Numbered from the stretch's first letter, positions 18,947 through 29,438 are shown. The stretch: DNA of 64,000 nt from Salinispira sp. (GCA_965602015.1 OZ271918.1:1184001-1248000); one strand, 5' to 3'. A program made the numbers and translations. Notes: generated by a model from the letters alone, not told the origin.

Positions 18947-20545
18947 ATGCAAACCCGATTTACCCGCTTTCTTGAAAATTTCATCCTGTTCGCCATCATA
19001 CTGGTACTAATTCAAACATTTCTCGAGGATTTCTCCGTCCTGGCCGGGTGGTCATGGGATATCCGGCGCATTCTTATCATTACCGGGTTCGGCTTTGATT
19101 TGCTGTTTACCGCCGAATTCTTTTCCCGAGCCATCTCTTCCGGCTCAAAAAGCCTTTTCGGTCGCTACTTTCTCGAGGAAAGGGGATGGATTGATTTTCT
19201 TGCCTCTGTACCCCTTCTGCTTTTTAATTCCGGTCCCGAGCTTTTTGCATTGGTGACCGGCACCGGTGCGGTGCTGGCCTTCGGAAGCCTGCTGAATATC
19301 CTCAAGGTTGTAAAAGCCATCCGGATTGCCCGGGTATTGAGGCTGCTTCGGGTATTAAAAATATTCCGCCGAATAAAGAACACCGATTCGGTTATGGCCC
19401 AACGTCATGTGGCCAGGATGGCCACCATGGTGGTCACTACCCTGGTCGTGACCCTCCTGCTTTTCGCCGTGGTGGAGAGCCTTGTGGAGTCCCCCGATGT
19501 GGATCTCCTGTATCAGGATTCGGCGGTCGCCATTCTCGACTATATAGACTCGGAAAACCTCGCCGACCGGGCCAGCAACGCCGAATTGTCCCGCTTTGCC
19601 GGCTCCCTGCCTATGGTGCTCCAGGTAAGACAGAACGGCGCCATTCGTTACGATGCGACGGAGGGCGTCTCTGCGCTGGCCCCGTCGGATTACGGCTATG
19701 TTCAAAGCGGCGATGTTGAGCTCTATCTGGATCTCCGTCACGTAAATGTATCTGAAGCGTCGGTCAACCTCCGGTATTTCTTCCTGATCATCACGCTGGT
19801 GCTCATGCTGATGTTCCTCTACAGCCCCCATTTCGCGCTAACCATATCCGATCCCATCCACGTCATGCGCAAGGGATTTGACGAGTCGGGTTACAATCTC
19901 GAAGTCCGAATTCCCGAGGAGTTCCGCAATGACGAGATTTACCGCCTGGCGTACTCATATAACCGGAATTACCTTCCTTTAAAAGATCGGGAAAATGCTG
20001 CGAATACCTCCTCTGTCCTCGATTTGTCCATGGATGATCTTCAGGGCATTGCCGGCTTTGATGATGATCTCGAAATGGACCTGGGTGATGATCTCGATAT
20101 GGACCTCAGTGACAGTATTGACCTCAATGATGATGCCGACGACGATAACACTATCGGAAGCAAAAGCGATGGAGGATTCGGCGACGGGCTCGATCTGGAA
20201 AGCGATTCGGTGTTCGATGCTGAAATTTCCGATGATCTTCAGGAATCAGATTTCCCTGAGGACCTGGACCTTTCGGCTCCGGATTTTGGTGAAGAAGAGT
20301 TTTCAAGCATGCCGGATATTGATATGGAAGCCCCGGAGGACGAATTTACAGAACTTGACGAGAGTCTGAGTTCGGATGAGGACGGGGGATTTGACCTGGA
20401 TTCCGTGGAATCCGCCGAACCGGAAAACGATGGTCCCGCAGACTCACCGGAATCTGACGGCGATTTTACCCTTGATGACGTAGACCTGGATGAATTGGAT
20501 CTGGAAGATTTTACCTTTGACGATGAGGATGAGGAGAAGGCCTAG
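18947..20545 (+). CDS. Ion_trans/voltage-sensor-like membrane protein with HAMP-like segment and acidic tail
   Basis: S2-like FDLLFTAEF, S3-like WIDFLASVP, S4-like KAIRIARVLRLLRVLKIFRRIK; SD GAGGAG. Confidence 0.75.
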   Translation: MQTRFTRFLENFILFAIILVLIQTFLEDFSVLAGWSWDIRRILIITGFGFDLLFTAEFFSRAISSGSKSLFGRYFLEERGWIDFLASVPLLLFNSGPELFALVTGTGAVLAFGSLLNILKVVKAIRIARVLRLLRVLKIFRRIKNTDSVMAQRHVARMATMVVTTLVVTLLLFAVVESLVESPDVDLLYQDSAVAILDYIDSENLADRASNAELSRFAGSLPMVLQVRQNGAIRYDATEGVSALAPSDYGYVQSGDVELYLDLRHVNVSEASVNLRYFFLIITLVLMLMFLYSPHFALTISDPIHVMRKGFDESGYNLEVRIPEEFRNDEIYRLAYSYNRNYLPLKDRENAANTSSVLDLSMDDLQGIAGFDDDLEMDLGDDLDMDLSDSIDLNDDADDDNTIGSKSDGGFGDGLDLESDSVFDAEISDDLQESDFPEDLDLSAPDFGEEEFSSMPDIDMEAPEDEFTELDESLSSDEDGGFDLDSVESAEPENDGPADSPESDGDFTLDDVDLDELDLEDFTFDDEDEEKA

Positions 20546-20563
20546 GCCTTTCCGGAGCACAGC

Positions 20564-20854
20564 ATGGTCATCTCAATGCTTCAGTTCATTATCGAACTGC
20601 CTGAGACTACGAGCCTCAAGGAAAAACGCCACATCGTCAATTCCCTCAAGCACCGGATCATTCGCCGCTACAAGGTGAGCGCCGCAGAGGTCGACCTGCA
20701 CGAAAGCATCGCATTTGCCCAAATCGGCGTTGCCGTAGTGTCAAACAGCCGGAAATTCGGGGAATCCCTCATGCAAAAAATTCTGACCTTCGTCGAAAAC
20801 GACTATGACGGCAGGATTCATGATTCGGCGGTGTTTTCCGAAAACTATGCATAA
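20564..20854 (+). CDS. DUF503 (YlxP-like) protein
   Basis: SLKEKRHIVNSLK..YKVSAAEVD motif. Confidence 0.85.
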   Translation: MVISMLQFIIELPETTSLKEKRHIVNSLKHRIIRRYKVSAAEVDLHESIAFAQIGVAVVSNSRKFGESLMQKILTFVENDYDGRIHDSAVFSENYA

Positions 20855-20899
20855 GCTTCCCCGCCGGGCAGCGGTGCAGAATAAGGTCTCAGGGAACAG

Positions 20900-21613
20900 C
20901 TATCGGATTTCGTCGTCTAAGGGCAACAGAAAAAGATCCTGCAGGTTGTAGTCTCTCAGGGATTTCATCCCCTTCACCGGCTTCACCCTCTCCGCAGTAA
21001 GCTTGAGTGAGAATGAGTGGAGAAATGGTTCAAACCTGTCATCATGGACGACCAGCTCGAATACGAACTCCCGTTCCTCGCCGGAGTTCTCCGCTTCGAC
21101 GGGTTTTGGCCAAAAGAGGTAGGTCCCCGGAGTATTGGTAACAATGGGGTAGGGGTTTTGCCACCGGGTGTCCACCATGGGGACCTTCTCTCCGTTGCAT
21201 CGAAATTCCACATCGACATCAATCACCGGCTCGAAATTTAGGCCGTTAAAAAGCCTGCCCTTTATCATCGGGAACTGGAAATACAGTCCCTCATCGATGG
21301 TTTCTGACTCCGGGTCTTTTTTGTCGTAAAAACTGCGTTGGATGGTTGTCACTCTCCGCAGGCCTTCATGGGCTAGAGTGACGATATCGATGTGAATTTG
21401 CGGGTCGTTAAGATCATTTTCTAAATGGGCGAAACCCCTGCCTGAGGTGACATATCGCTGAGGTATCCTGTTGAGAACGAAACATGCGGCGTCCATACGG
21501 CACTGGGGGCTGGTACAATAACCGCTTTCATCCTTTTTCTCTTCGTCATCGCAGATTTCATTGAGAACGTTGAGTACCTTGTCTTCCATAAGATTATGAA
21601 TTTCCAAATTCAT
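20900..21613 (-). CDS. ComFB-domain protein
   Basis: HNLMEDKV...CTSPQCRMDAACFVLNRIPQRYVTS signature. Confidence 0.85.
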   Translation of the reverse strand: MNLEIHNLMEDKVLNVLNEICDDEEKKDESGYCTSPQCRMDAACFVLNRIPQRYVTSGRGFAHLENDLNDPQIHIDIVTLAHEGLRRVTTIQRSFYDKKDPESETIDEGLYFQFPMIKGRLFNGLNFEPVIDVDVEFRCNGEKVPMVDTRWQNPYPIVTNTPGTYLFWPKPVEAENSGEEREFVFELVVHDDRFEPFLHSFSLKLTAERVKPVKGMKSLRDYNLQDLFLLPLDDEIR

Positions 21614-22052
21614 CCCCCTTCTGGAAATCCTGTCTAATATCGAGCAACTCGCTGAGGTTTTTCACCGCAGCCTTGAAGTCCCGCAGGGTTTCCTTCAGCG
21701 CGTAATAGTTCAGCCCGGCATAGTAAATTTTGCTGAACAGGCTGAACGCAATTTCGTCCTTGCTGTTTATTATATTAACGTATGTGCCGAACTCGTAGCA
21801 AATTTGAAGCATCTCATCGAGGCGGTCGCGAATAAAATCCTGAAACTCCGGCGAGAAAGAAAAAACAAAGCTGAGTTCGAGGAACTTGCTTTCCCGGTCA
21901 ATATAATAAGCCGCCATGAATCCCTGATCGTCCTGGATGCTCGCCGAGTACGCTTCCTCCAGTTCCTCCGCGTCCATTATTTCAAAATTCAGCTCCTTGA
22001 GGATGATTTCAACCCGGCGCTTCCGCTCATCTACAATGCTCGCTCCGCTCAT
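21594..22052 (-). CDS. Hypothetical protein (possible YbjN/chaperone-like fold)
   Basis: SD AAGGAG; lies in a same-strand run between the HD and ComFB genes. Confidence 0.65.
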   Translation of the reverse strand: MSGASIVDERKRRVEIILKELNFEIMDAEELEEAYSASIQDDQGFMAAYYIDRESKFLELSFVFSFSPEFQDFIRDRLDEMLQICYEFGTYVNIINSKDEIAFSLFSKIYYAGLNYYALKETLRDFKAAVKNLSELLDIRQDFQKGDEFGNS

Positions 22053-22070
22053 GCCCCGCTCCTTACTCAA

Positions 22071-23363
22071 TTATAGTCCGCCCAGGCGCACAAGCTCGCT
22101 CTGACTCAAGGATTTTTCCGCAATTTTTTCATGAAGTTCGGGGGACAGGGCGAGGCGAATTTTCCGAAGACTTGAGACGAACTGATGTACCACTTCAGGA
22201 GTGAATACAGAGGGCACGGCGCTATATGAGCGCAGTTCGGATCCGTCGGCCACCATCATTTTCATTTCGAAGGAAATATTCTCCGGTATATCGAGAATCA
22301 TATCGTTTTCTCCCACCGGAAGTCCTATCATGTCAGCCAACTCAGCCCGGATAAAATCCTCCCTGATTGCCCGCTGTTCCAGATCCTCCAATGAACTGTG
22401 TACCGGGTTTTCCGAATCGAAGGGAATGGTCAATACGGTTTTATGAAGGTTCCTGTTGTACACCCGCCGTATAAGCTCAAATTCCTCGCCCCGGCGGCTG
22501 CCGATAGTGGTATAAAAACTGTCGTCATCCAAACCATAGAGCTCGGTCGCCAATAGTGCGCCGTTGTGCAGCGCCCGGTGAAGGGATTTTTTGATCATGC
22601 CGGTGGCGATGCGCACGGTATTGTGCCAGTACACCGCCCGGTACATGAGGTATTTGGCGAACAGCAGGCTCTCGATGGCCGCGACACCGCCGGATTCGAT
22701 GACGACCCCGTGTTCCCGGTCCGGATGGAGTACCGACAGGATGTAATCCACGTCCTGCGAACCGTAGGGTACTCCGCAAAAATACGCGTCGCGGTTAAGG
22801 TAATCGAGCTTGTCGGGGTCAATTGGGGCGCTCAGCAGCTTACGAAAGAACAGGACATCGGACTCCCGGCTCTCGCGCCGCTCATCCACGATGGCTGCGC
22901 ACAATTCCGGGCTGGTGCCGATATCGCGCTTTATGATTTCCCGAATCGGGGAACTCAGTATGTATTCGGCGGTCAGCTCCTCGTGTTCCCTCAGGGGAAG
23001 TTCCTTCAGACTGTGGGTGAAGGGAAAGTGCCCCATGTCGTGGAGCAGCGCCGCCGTGAGGAATGCTTTTACCCCTTCAATTGTCATGGTAAAATCAGAG
23101 CCTCTGCTGACAAAGCTGTTGATTATCCGGTATGCGGTATGAAAAACCCCGAGACTGTGGTTTAATCTGCTATGGGTGGCTCCCGGATAGACGAGATAAC
23201 TGGGTCCCAGCTGCTTTATCCTCGCAAGCTGCTGAAACTGAGCAGTTTCAACCAGCTTTTTTAAACCCGGTGAGAGATAAATGTGACCCCACAGGGTGTC
23301 CCGGATTGGAATGTAATAATCATTGAGGAGATGCTCTCGAATATCTGTTATGCGTGATTTCAT
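22071..23363 (-). CDS. HD-domain phosphohydrolase (dNTP triphosphohydrolase-like)
   Basis: IRDTLWGHI, QLGPSYLVYPGATHSRLNHSLG, LLHDMGHFPFTH and DKLDYLNRD motifs. Confidence 0.92.
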   Translation of the reverse strand: MKSRITDIREHLLNDYYIPIRDTLWGHIYLSPGLKKLVETAQFQQLARIKQLGPSYLVYPGATHSRLNHSLGVFHTAYRIINSFVSRGSDFTMTIEGVKAFLTAALLHDMGHFPFTHSLKELPLREHEELTAEYILSSPIREIIKRDIGTSPELCAAIVDERRESRESDVLFFRKLLSAPIDPDKLDYLNRDAYFCGVPYGSQDVDYILSVLHPDREHGVVIESGGVAAIESLLFAKYLMYRAVYWHNTVRIATGMIKKSLHRALHNGALLATELYGLDDDSFYTTIGSRRGEEFELIRRVYNRNLHKTVLTIPFDSENPVHSSLEDLEQRAIREDFIRAELADMIGLPVGENDMILDIPENISFEMKMMVADGSELRSYSAVPSVFTPEVVHQFVSSLRKIRLALSPELHEKIAEKSLSQSELVRLGGL

Positions 23364-24054
23364 TGTCAGACACTATAGCCGGCGAAAAGCGGCTCTTGCA
23401 ATCCTGATTGCCCTCGTTTTCCTCATAGCAATGGTTGTCCTTGTCCGGATTTCCGAGCGTGGGGGAGATTCTTCACCCGATGGGAATGATTCGACGGGAA
23501 ACCAGAACAGAATGGTGATCGGTCCTCAGGGAGATGATTCCGGGCAATCCGCTGCCACCGGCACTGCTGCCGATGCCTCTTCGCCGGGTTCACAGGCCGG
23601 AGATTCCGAAGCTCAACATCAGCGGGATGGCGAAGCGGTTACCCTCGACGCCGATCAAAATCAGGGGCAGGTTCCCGTAAGCGCAGCAAACCGCCAGATT
23701 CAGGGCCTGGCCAAAAGGCATGACCTGTCTTTTCGCGATGCAGTCATCCCCCGCCATCCGGTAATTGGCGATCTGCCACCGGCTGTCGCGCAGGTCGGAA
23801 TCGATGATGCACTTTTACGCACAGTGGAGGATGCCGAGTTTTGGAGCAATCTCGCGTGGGATTCTACCGGCCGTCAGGATACGCCCCGGGGACCCTTTCG
23901 CAGGAGCCTCCCCGGTCGCATCACCCGGGTCGGCGCACAACGATACCGACTAAGCGTCGTTCTTGATTCTTTTGAAAACCGGTATTTTGTCGACACTGTG
24001 TTATATTTTACTCTCGGGGAATACCGCCTGGAGAGCTTCCGTTATCTCCAATAA
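23350..24054 (+). CDS. Hypothetical single-TM protein with low-complexity linker (start uncertain)
   Basis: N-terminal TM helix and G/D/S/Q-rich linker; start overlaps the divergent HD gene. Confidence 0.55.
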   Translation: MRDFIVRHYSRRKAALAILIALVFLIAMVVLVRISERGGDSSPDGNDSTGNQNRMVIGPQGDDSGQSAATGTAADASSPGSQAGDSEAQHQRDGEAVTLDADQNQGQVPVSAANRQIQGLAKRHDLSFRDAVIPRHPVIGDLPPAVAQVGIDDALLRTVEDAEFWSNLAWDSTGRQDTPRGPFRRSLPGRITRVGAQRYRLSVVLDSFENRYFVDTVLYFTLGEYRLESFRYLQ

Positions 24055-24114
24055 CAGAAAAAATAGATAGCAATTAATCCATGATATGCGTAGTATTAGA
24101 AGGTAAGAACAACC

Positions 24115-25338
24115 ATGGCACAGCAAATACACCGAATCGAGAAAGAATTTATCTTCAAAACTCTCATAGAATCCGATGCGCCAATCGCCATCCATTTCCA
24201 TCAGGAACGTCATCGGGGAAGCGTCAAGCTATTTACCAAATCCGAGCTCAAAATACGTCTGGAAGATGCTGCCAAAGCCGAGTTTTCACGGGGAGACGAG
24301 TTACGGCTTTTTTTCAGGTTTAGGGGTACGCCGATAACCTGCAGCAGTAAATACCTCAAGCGGGATGACGGAGACTTCATTCTTGAGCCCCCGTCAGCGG
24401 TATACCGCGACCTCAGCAGGCTTTATGAACGGGTCGAAGCCGATAAAAGCATGTCAGTGAGCCTTCTGATAAACGGCGAGCGTCTGAACATCGATTTTCC
24501 GGCCAGCGAATCGTATTATGAGCCCGAGCCCCCCAGCCTGGATTTGAACTTCGATGTCTCCCGCATTTCCGAACTCCTGAGGGCTTTTCGTGAGCGATCC
24601 GCGGCGTTCGCCAGTGAAAATAAAATCACCATGTTCAGAGAACGAAGACCTACCGACATCGTCGAACGGATGCTCGCCCTGTCCGGAAAAATCGTGGTCC
24701 TGCCCTTCGATAACCTAGACAGTTTCACCATGGTGCGCTCGAAACTGGCTACCAGTCTGCTCAAGGAAGGCGACCTCCACCGGATGTTCAGGGAAGCCGG
24801 AGAGGACCCCATGCTTGCGGCATCGGAGCTTCAGGATCACCTGGGAAAACTAAAAACCCAAAAAGTCTGGCACGAGCTGTACTGCCCGGTACTCTTCAGG
24901 GAGTTCGTCGTGGGATATATTTATCTCATGCGGGCCGACATGAGCATCACTCCTTTCAGCCAGGAACACCTGGATATGGTGCATCAGTTCAGCCGGCTGC
25001 TTTCTTATTCACTGAAGTTAAACGGATATTTCAAGGCTGAACCTGTACAGGAAGAGTTTACCAGTTCCGAGCTGGTGGATATAAGCGGCTCTGGCCTGTT
25101 GTTTTCATATCCCTTGGATGGTCCGTCGATTCAGCTGTACACCGACGTGGAACTCACCGTTACCCTTGCAGAACAGCCAATCAAAATTCTCGGCCGGGTG
25201 GTGAGGAAGTTCAGGGATGCGGGACAAATATATCTTGGCGTGCAGTTTATGGATCTCTCGGATGAGGACCAACATCTTCTTCTCAGCAGGCTGTACGGAG
25301 CGGATTATGACGGCCAGATAGAGCAGCCGGCGGAGTAA
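24115..25338 (+). CDS. PilZ-domain protein (DUF1577-like)
   Basis: N-terminal RDLSRLYERV and C-terminal DISGSGLLF...GRVVR...LGVQF. Confidence 0.8.
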   Translation: MAQQIHRIEKEFIFKTLIESDAPIAIHFHQERHRGSVKLFTKSELKIRLEDAAKAEFSRGDELRLFFRFRGTPITCSSKYLKRDDGDFILEPPSAVYRDLSRLYERVEADKSMSVSLLINGERLNIDFPASESYYEPEPPSLDLNFDVSRISELLRAFRERSAAFASENKITMFRERRPTDIVERMLALSGKIVVLPFDNLDSFTMVRSKLATSLLKEGDLHRMFREAGEDPMLAASELQDHLGKLKTQKVWHELYCPVLFREFVVGYIYLMRADMSITPFSQEHLDMVHQFSRLLSYSLKLNGYFKAEPVQEEFTSSELVDISGSGLLFSYPLDGPSIQLYTDVELTVTLAEQPIKILGRVVRKFRDAGQIYLGVQFMDLSDEDQHLLLSRLYGADYDGQIEQPAE

Positions 25339-25404
25339 GCGCGGCTCCCGGATACCCTCGGCGATTGAACAAGCTCGACTAGTAAAAAACACGGCAGTTG
25401 ATCC

Positions 25405-25734
25405 TTAAGAGTACATTTCGAGTAATTTCTGCAGGTACATCCGGGCTGCGCCGTTAGCGCTGTCTGACTCGAGACCAATCTGATAGTACGGTGATTCCCG
25501 ACGGATCCATTTCACAATAGCTGCGCACGAGAAGGCTTCCACTCCGGTTTCAACCTCCGGATGTATTCCCACCTCGATTTGCTCACCGACTTCGCACCCC
25601 GGAGGCATTAAAAACTCCGTGCCGATGCCCCGGGAGCTGATGTTTCGGATATATCCTGGCATACCGTTGAGGAGAATTTTTGCATAGGTAACCTTTCGGT
25701 TCGCCGTTCTTTGCTCCGATTTCTTATCACTCAT
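25405..25734 (-). CDS. Stand-alone PilZ-domain protein
   Basis: EQRTANR (RxxxR) and NISSRG (D/NxSxxG) c-di-GMP-binding motifs. Confidence 0.85.
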   Translation of the reverse strand: MSDKKSEQRTANRKVTYAKILLNGMPGYIRNISSRGIGTEFLMPPGCEVGEQIEVGIHPEVETGVEAFSCAAIVKWIRRESPYYQIGLESDSANGAARMYLQKLLEMYS

Positions 25735-26281
25735 TGCCGTCTCCCCAATGAATCAACGAAATTCTCGTCCCGCGGATTTTATCCGGTGCGTAGCTGCGCA
25801 CTTCGCCTTCTAAACCGATAAACTCCAGTCTGAAACTATGAAAGGTCCGCTTGGTCACCAGCAGTCCCATTCCGAATCGCTGCTGATTATGCATTTCTCG
25901 ATAAATTTGGAAGGCCTCGCTCTGGAGATCGATATCCTCCACCGAGCCGTAGATGTTATAGGGAAGGTCGGCGGGATCAAAACCTCCGCCCCGGTCTTCA
26001 AGCATTATCCTCAAGCCAGGAGAACCTGCGGCTTGCCCGATTTTCCTTACCAGGGAAAACTCGACCATAATGCGGTCTTCAATTTTTCCTGATCGGTGAG
26101 CCCGAATGGAATTGCTTATCAGTTCGAGCAATGAAAAGCGGATATGCTCCATATGAGCTTCCTGACAATCCGACCGGATATCCTCCAAAGTACTCAGGAC
26201 TATTCCGAAATCTATTTCTGGTTTAATATAGAGGGACAGGCGATACAAACGCCGCGCTCTATATGCAATATGGTTTACCAT
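25727..26281 (-). CDS. HATPase_c / anti-sigma-factor-like ATP-binding protein
   Basis: ELISNSIRAH, EDRGGGFDP and FGMGL boxes. Confidence 0.8.
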   Translation of the reverse strand: MVNHIAYRARRLYRLSLYIKPEIDFGIVLSTLEDIRSDCQEAHMEHIRFSLLELISNSIRAHRSGKIEDRIMVEFSLVRKIGQAAGSPGLRIMLEDRGGGFDPADLPYNIYGSVEDIDLQSEAFQIYREMHNQQRFGMGLLVTKRTFHSFRLEFIGLEGEVRSYAPDKIRGTRISLIHWGDGNE

Positions 26282-26330
26282 CTTCCTTCATTGTAGATGA
26301 GGGCTCTGGAGATAATCAAGAAAAACACTC

Positions 26331-29276
26331 ATGTACTATCTTAGTATAGATATTCAGCATTTTTCACAGTTTGCCATTGTTGAACCTGATGCCTCCGCAG
26401 CCCTGCTGAAGGATCTTCATGGGCACTGTTCGCGCTACGGAATGAAGCCCTATCCAGGCTCCGACGGCCTGCTGTTCTACCATCCGAATCTAGGCGCTGG
26501 GGAGTATGCTCCGCTCTTAAAGGTCATGTTTGCCCTGGAATCCCGCTTGAAAGATTTCGATGAAGATATCCCGGGCTTTAGCATAATTCTAGAAGCCTTG
26601 GAGAACTCCGAGCCTTCCCTTCATGACATCATCGGCCTGCGGCTGAGTATCAGAGAGCGGGTCGGCATGTACCTCGGGCCAAATGCGGAAAAATTGATCT
26701 CCCGCTTTCTCATCGGAGAATCCTTTCGCGGCCTGTGGAAAATTCTGGCACGGAAACGGAAGGACGATGAAAATCTCGGCACCGCCTCTGAATTTGTCCT
26801 GCGCCGGGAGTTTACCGAATCGGTATTTAATGCCATAGAACCCTGGATGAACGGCGAAGCTCCCCCAGGGGTTGTTTGTATTTCCGGACAGGAAATGGAC
26901 GGAGTACATTTGGCAGCCCGGGGACTTATCCATCGCCTGAGTTCAACCGAAGCCCTGGGACGCATACCATTTATTCTGATCAGCGAGAGACAGGATTTTC
27001 TGTTTTCCCTCATGCAGGCGGTTCTCATACAGCAAAGCCTGTGGGTCCCGGAATACCTATGCGAATGGGAGTCTGCAGTCTGGACAATGAAGCGCGATTG
27101 CCTTACGCGTTTTCACTCCAGGGCGACGGACCGGGGAATGCGCAATGAGCTTCTGCCCGAGTCAGCGGATTCCGATACCCTGGTGGCATTTTCCTTGTAT
27201 CTAAAGGCCTACGCCCGTTGGAGCCGGGAGAACGGAAATCTGCCGATGGTAGCGGTGCACCTCGAGAGAGGTCTGAGCGATTGGGAGCAGCAGTATTTCG
27301 TCCGGCTGATGCAGGACAAGGATAGTCGGCTGGTTTGGCTGTTTTCCGGCGAACACGAGTACCTGGAAATCAAGGATCTACCCCTTGCTCGTGCCGACTT
27401 CACGCTGAATCGCTATACTGAACATGACATACAGCAGCTGCTTGATAGGCAGGAGGACCAACGCCCGGGAGCGAACCCCGGGTACCTGCATTCCTCGGCG
27501 GGCGGGTGCGCCCTTCCCATATACTTTTTCCTCAGCGACTACGAGTACTTTGCCCAAATCCTGCCCAGCCGCCTGAGAAACTACGGCAACAGCAGCATAG
27601 AGTCACAAGAGGGGATCGTCCAACGCTTTATCGATCGATTGGAATTCGAGACCAGGGAACTGTTATACACCCTCGCTTTGGCAGGGGATTTTCTGGACAA
27701 GGAGCAACTCTTCCGATTTATGGAAGTCCGCGGCCGTCTTCGAATCCGCATCACCCAAATGTACAAGGATCTCCAGTCCCGGGGCCTGCTACTATTCGAA
27801 CAGCTCAACCATGTGCCCTTCAGGGACATCATACTTCGGATGGCCTATGCCCTCGGCGATGTGCGCACGAGCATTATAACCCAGCTGGTAGAGTACATGT
27901 GTGACGATGCCTCGGATTTTCAGGCCCACCCCGGAGCCCTGATTTTTGTCGGTAAATACGGCAGAACCGCCGGGCAGCTTATTTGGTGCTACCGCAAGAT
28001 ACAGGACATGATCGACAGCTCCAACATCGATTTGGCGCAGGGGCTGGTCGCCAAACTCCCGTCTCTTCCCCAGAGTAAAAAAGCCGAGGAACTACTGGGC
28101 TATCACATTGCTCTCCACGAAGGTACCTCGGGCCCTGCCCCCATAAATCCCGAGAAATTCGAGAACGGATTTTGGTATGCCGAATCGCTGCTTATCGCCG
28201 CCCGCCAGATGCTGAACCAAGGGGATATAGATCAAGCCAGATTGATGGCGAAGCGGGCGATTATTGAATATCAGCAACTTGATGACAGACGCGGCCTGGC
28301 GGCATCGAATATCCTCTTTGGCTTTCTTCTTTTAAAAAACGGAAAACATCAGGATGCCAGCCACTACTTCTCCATCGCAGAGAGAAGCCAGTCCCGGTTT
28401 AATCTGAGCCGCATACAGTCGATTATGCTGCCTTGCCTGAGCGATTTTACCCAGGGCAAGTACAGCAGGGTGCGGCAGCTCCTTGAGGGAAGTGACGGCC
28501 TGATAAGCGTACTGTACCGCTACGGCAGCCGCTCCTGGTCTGCAGCAGCCTCCTTTATTTTGGCCCGATGCTACTTCGCCATGGGATTGTTCAGTGAGTC
28601 ATATGAACTCCTGTCACGGGAAATGAATACCCTGCAGGGTGAGCGCTTACGCAACGTGCGGAGAATTTTTTACAGCTGGATGGCGAGAAATCTGGTATAC
28701 ACGAAAAACCTGGAAGCCGGGCTGGCTCTCCTTGAGAATCAGCCGAACAGTGGGGAAGCCATGGTTTTTTTAGCAGAAGCAATGATTCTTGCAAACAGAT
28801 ATGAAGAAGCCCTGGAAATCCTGTCAAATCCGGTTTCCCACAGTAAACACAGCCTAAGTATCGGACAGCTGTTACCCTGGGGCAGCGGATTCTCCTGGCT
28901 TGAGGATTTATACATCAATGATGTGGAAGAGCAGGGGGTGCTGAGCAATTACGCCTATGGTTTGTGGTGCTTCGCCTTAGGAAATCTGGGCAGTTTCGAG
29001 CAAAGCATTGAAGGATTCCACTGGCTTACCCGGGAGAAAAAGCTTCCGGAAAGCGACCCTCACATCAGCGTAATTCTCTACTGGTACTCCCTCATAATAG
29101 AAAAGGCTAATGACAGCGAAAACGAGGACAGATTGACCCTCCTCGGCAGGGCCGTCAAGGCCTTGCAGGAACGCTCAAGCAGGATCGAGGAGCCGGCAGA
29201 CAAGCGCGAGTACCTGAAGAATGTGGTGTGGAACCGGGAGCTTCTGGAAAAGGCAAAGCGCTTTAATCTGGTCTGA
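26331..29276 (+). CDS. Large hypothetical protein with C-terminal TPR-like helices
   Basis: 981-aa ORF; helical repeats in the C-terminal half. Confidence 0.7.
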   Translation: MYYLSIDIQHFSQFAIVEPDASAALLKDLHGHCSRYGMKPYPGSDGLLFYHPNLGAGEYAPLLKVMFALESRLKDFDEDIPGFSIILEALENSEPSLHDIIGLRLSIRERVGMYLGPNAEKLISRFLIGESFRGLWKILARKRKDDENLGTASEFVLRREFTESVFNAIEPWMNGEAPPGVVCISGQEMDGVHLAARGLIHRLSSTEALGRIPFILISERQDFLFSLMQAVLIQQSLWVPEYLCEWESAVWTMKRDCLTRFHSRATDRGMRNELLPESADSDTLVAFSLYLKAYARWSRENGNLPMVAVHLERGLSDWEQQYFVRLMQDKDSRLVWLFSGEHEYLEIKDLPLARADFTLNRYTEHDIQQLLDRQEDQRPGANPGYLHSSAGGCALPIYFFLSDYEYFAQILPSRLRNYGNSSIESQEGIVQRFIDRLEFETRELLYTLALAGDFLDKEQLFRFMEVRGRLRIRITQMYKDLQSRGLLLFEQLNHVPFRDIILRMAYALGDVRTSIITQLVEYMCDDASDFQAHPGALIFVGKYGRTAGQLIWCYRKIQDMIDSSNIDLAQGLVAKLPSLPQSKKAEELLGYHIALHEGTSGPAPINPEKFENGFWYAESLLIAARQMLNQGDIDQARLMAKRAIIEYQQLDDRRGLAASNILFGFLLLKNGKHQDASHYFSIAERSQSRFNLSRIQSIMLPCLSDFTQGKYSRVRQLLEGSDGLISVLYRYGSRSWSAAASFILARCYFAMGLFSESYELLSREMNTLQGERLRNVRRIFYSWMARNLVYTKNLEAGLALLENQPNSGEAMVFLAEAMILANRYEEALEILSNPVSHSKHSLSIGQLLPWGSGFSWLEDLYINDVEEQGVLSNYAYGLWCFALGNLGSFEQSIEGFHWLTREKKLPESDPHISVILYWYSLIIEKANDSENEDRLTLLGRAVKALQERSSRIEEPADKREYLKNVVWNRELLEKAKRFNLV

Positions 29277-29314
29277 ACGGCAGATCCCGTATTGCGGTTT
29301 TTTATCCCATGTCG

Positions 29315-29344
29315 TTGACACGGACAGCCCCGGTTTGATATATT
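29315..29344 (+). promoter_or_regulatory. Sigma70-type promoter of tRNA-Met
   Basis: TTGACA, 18-bp spacer, extended TGnTATATT, followed by a GC-rich discriminator. Confidence 0.7.
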
Positions 29345-29361
29345 CCGGTCTTGTAAAAAAT

Positions 29362-29434
29362 GGTGGCGTAGCTCAGTTGGTAGAGCAAACGGCTCATATC
29401 CGTTCGGTCAGGGGTTCAAGTCCCTTCGCCACTA
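29362..29434 (+). tRNA. tRNA-Met (CAT), probably elongator; CCA not encoded
   Basis: Acceptor stem GGTGGCG/CGCCACT, D arm GCTCAGTTGGTAGAGC, anticodon loop CTCATAT, T loop GGTTCAAGTCC. Confidence 0.95.
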
Positions 29435-29438
29435 TCGG

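Noticed and set aside
20030..20540. Repetitive GAT/GAC-rich DNA
   Set aside because: Explained by the acidic low-complexity protein tail; not a DNA-level array.
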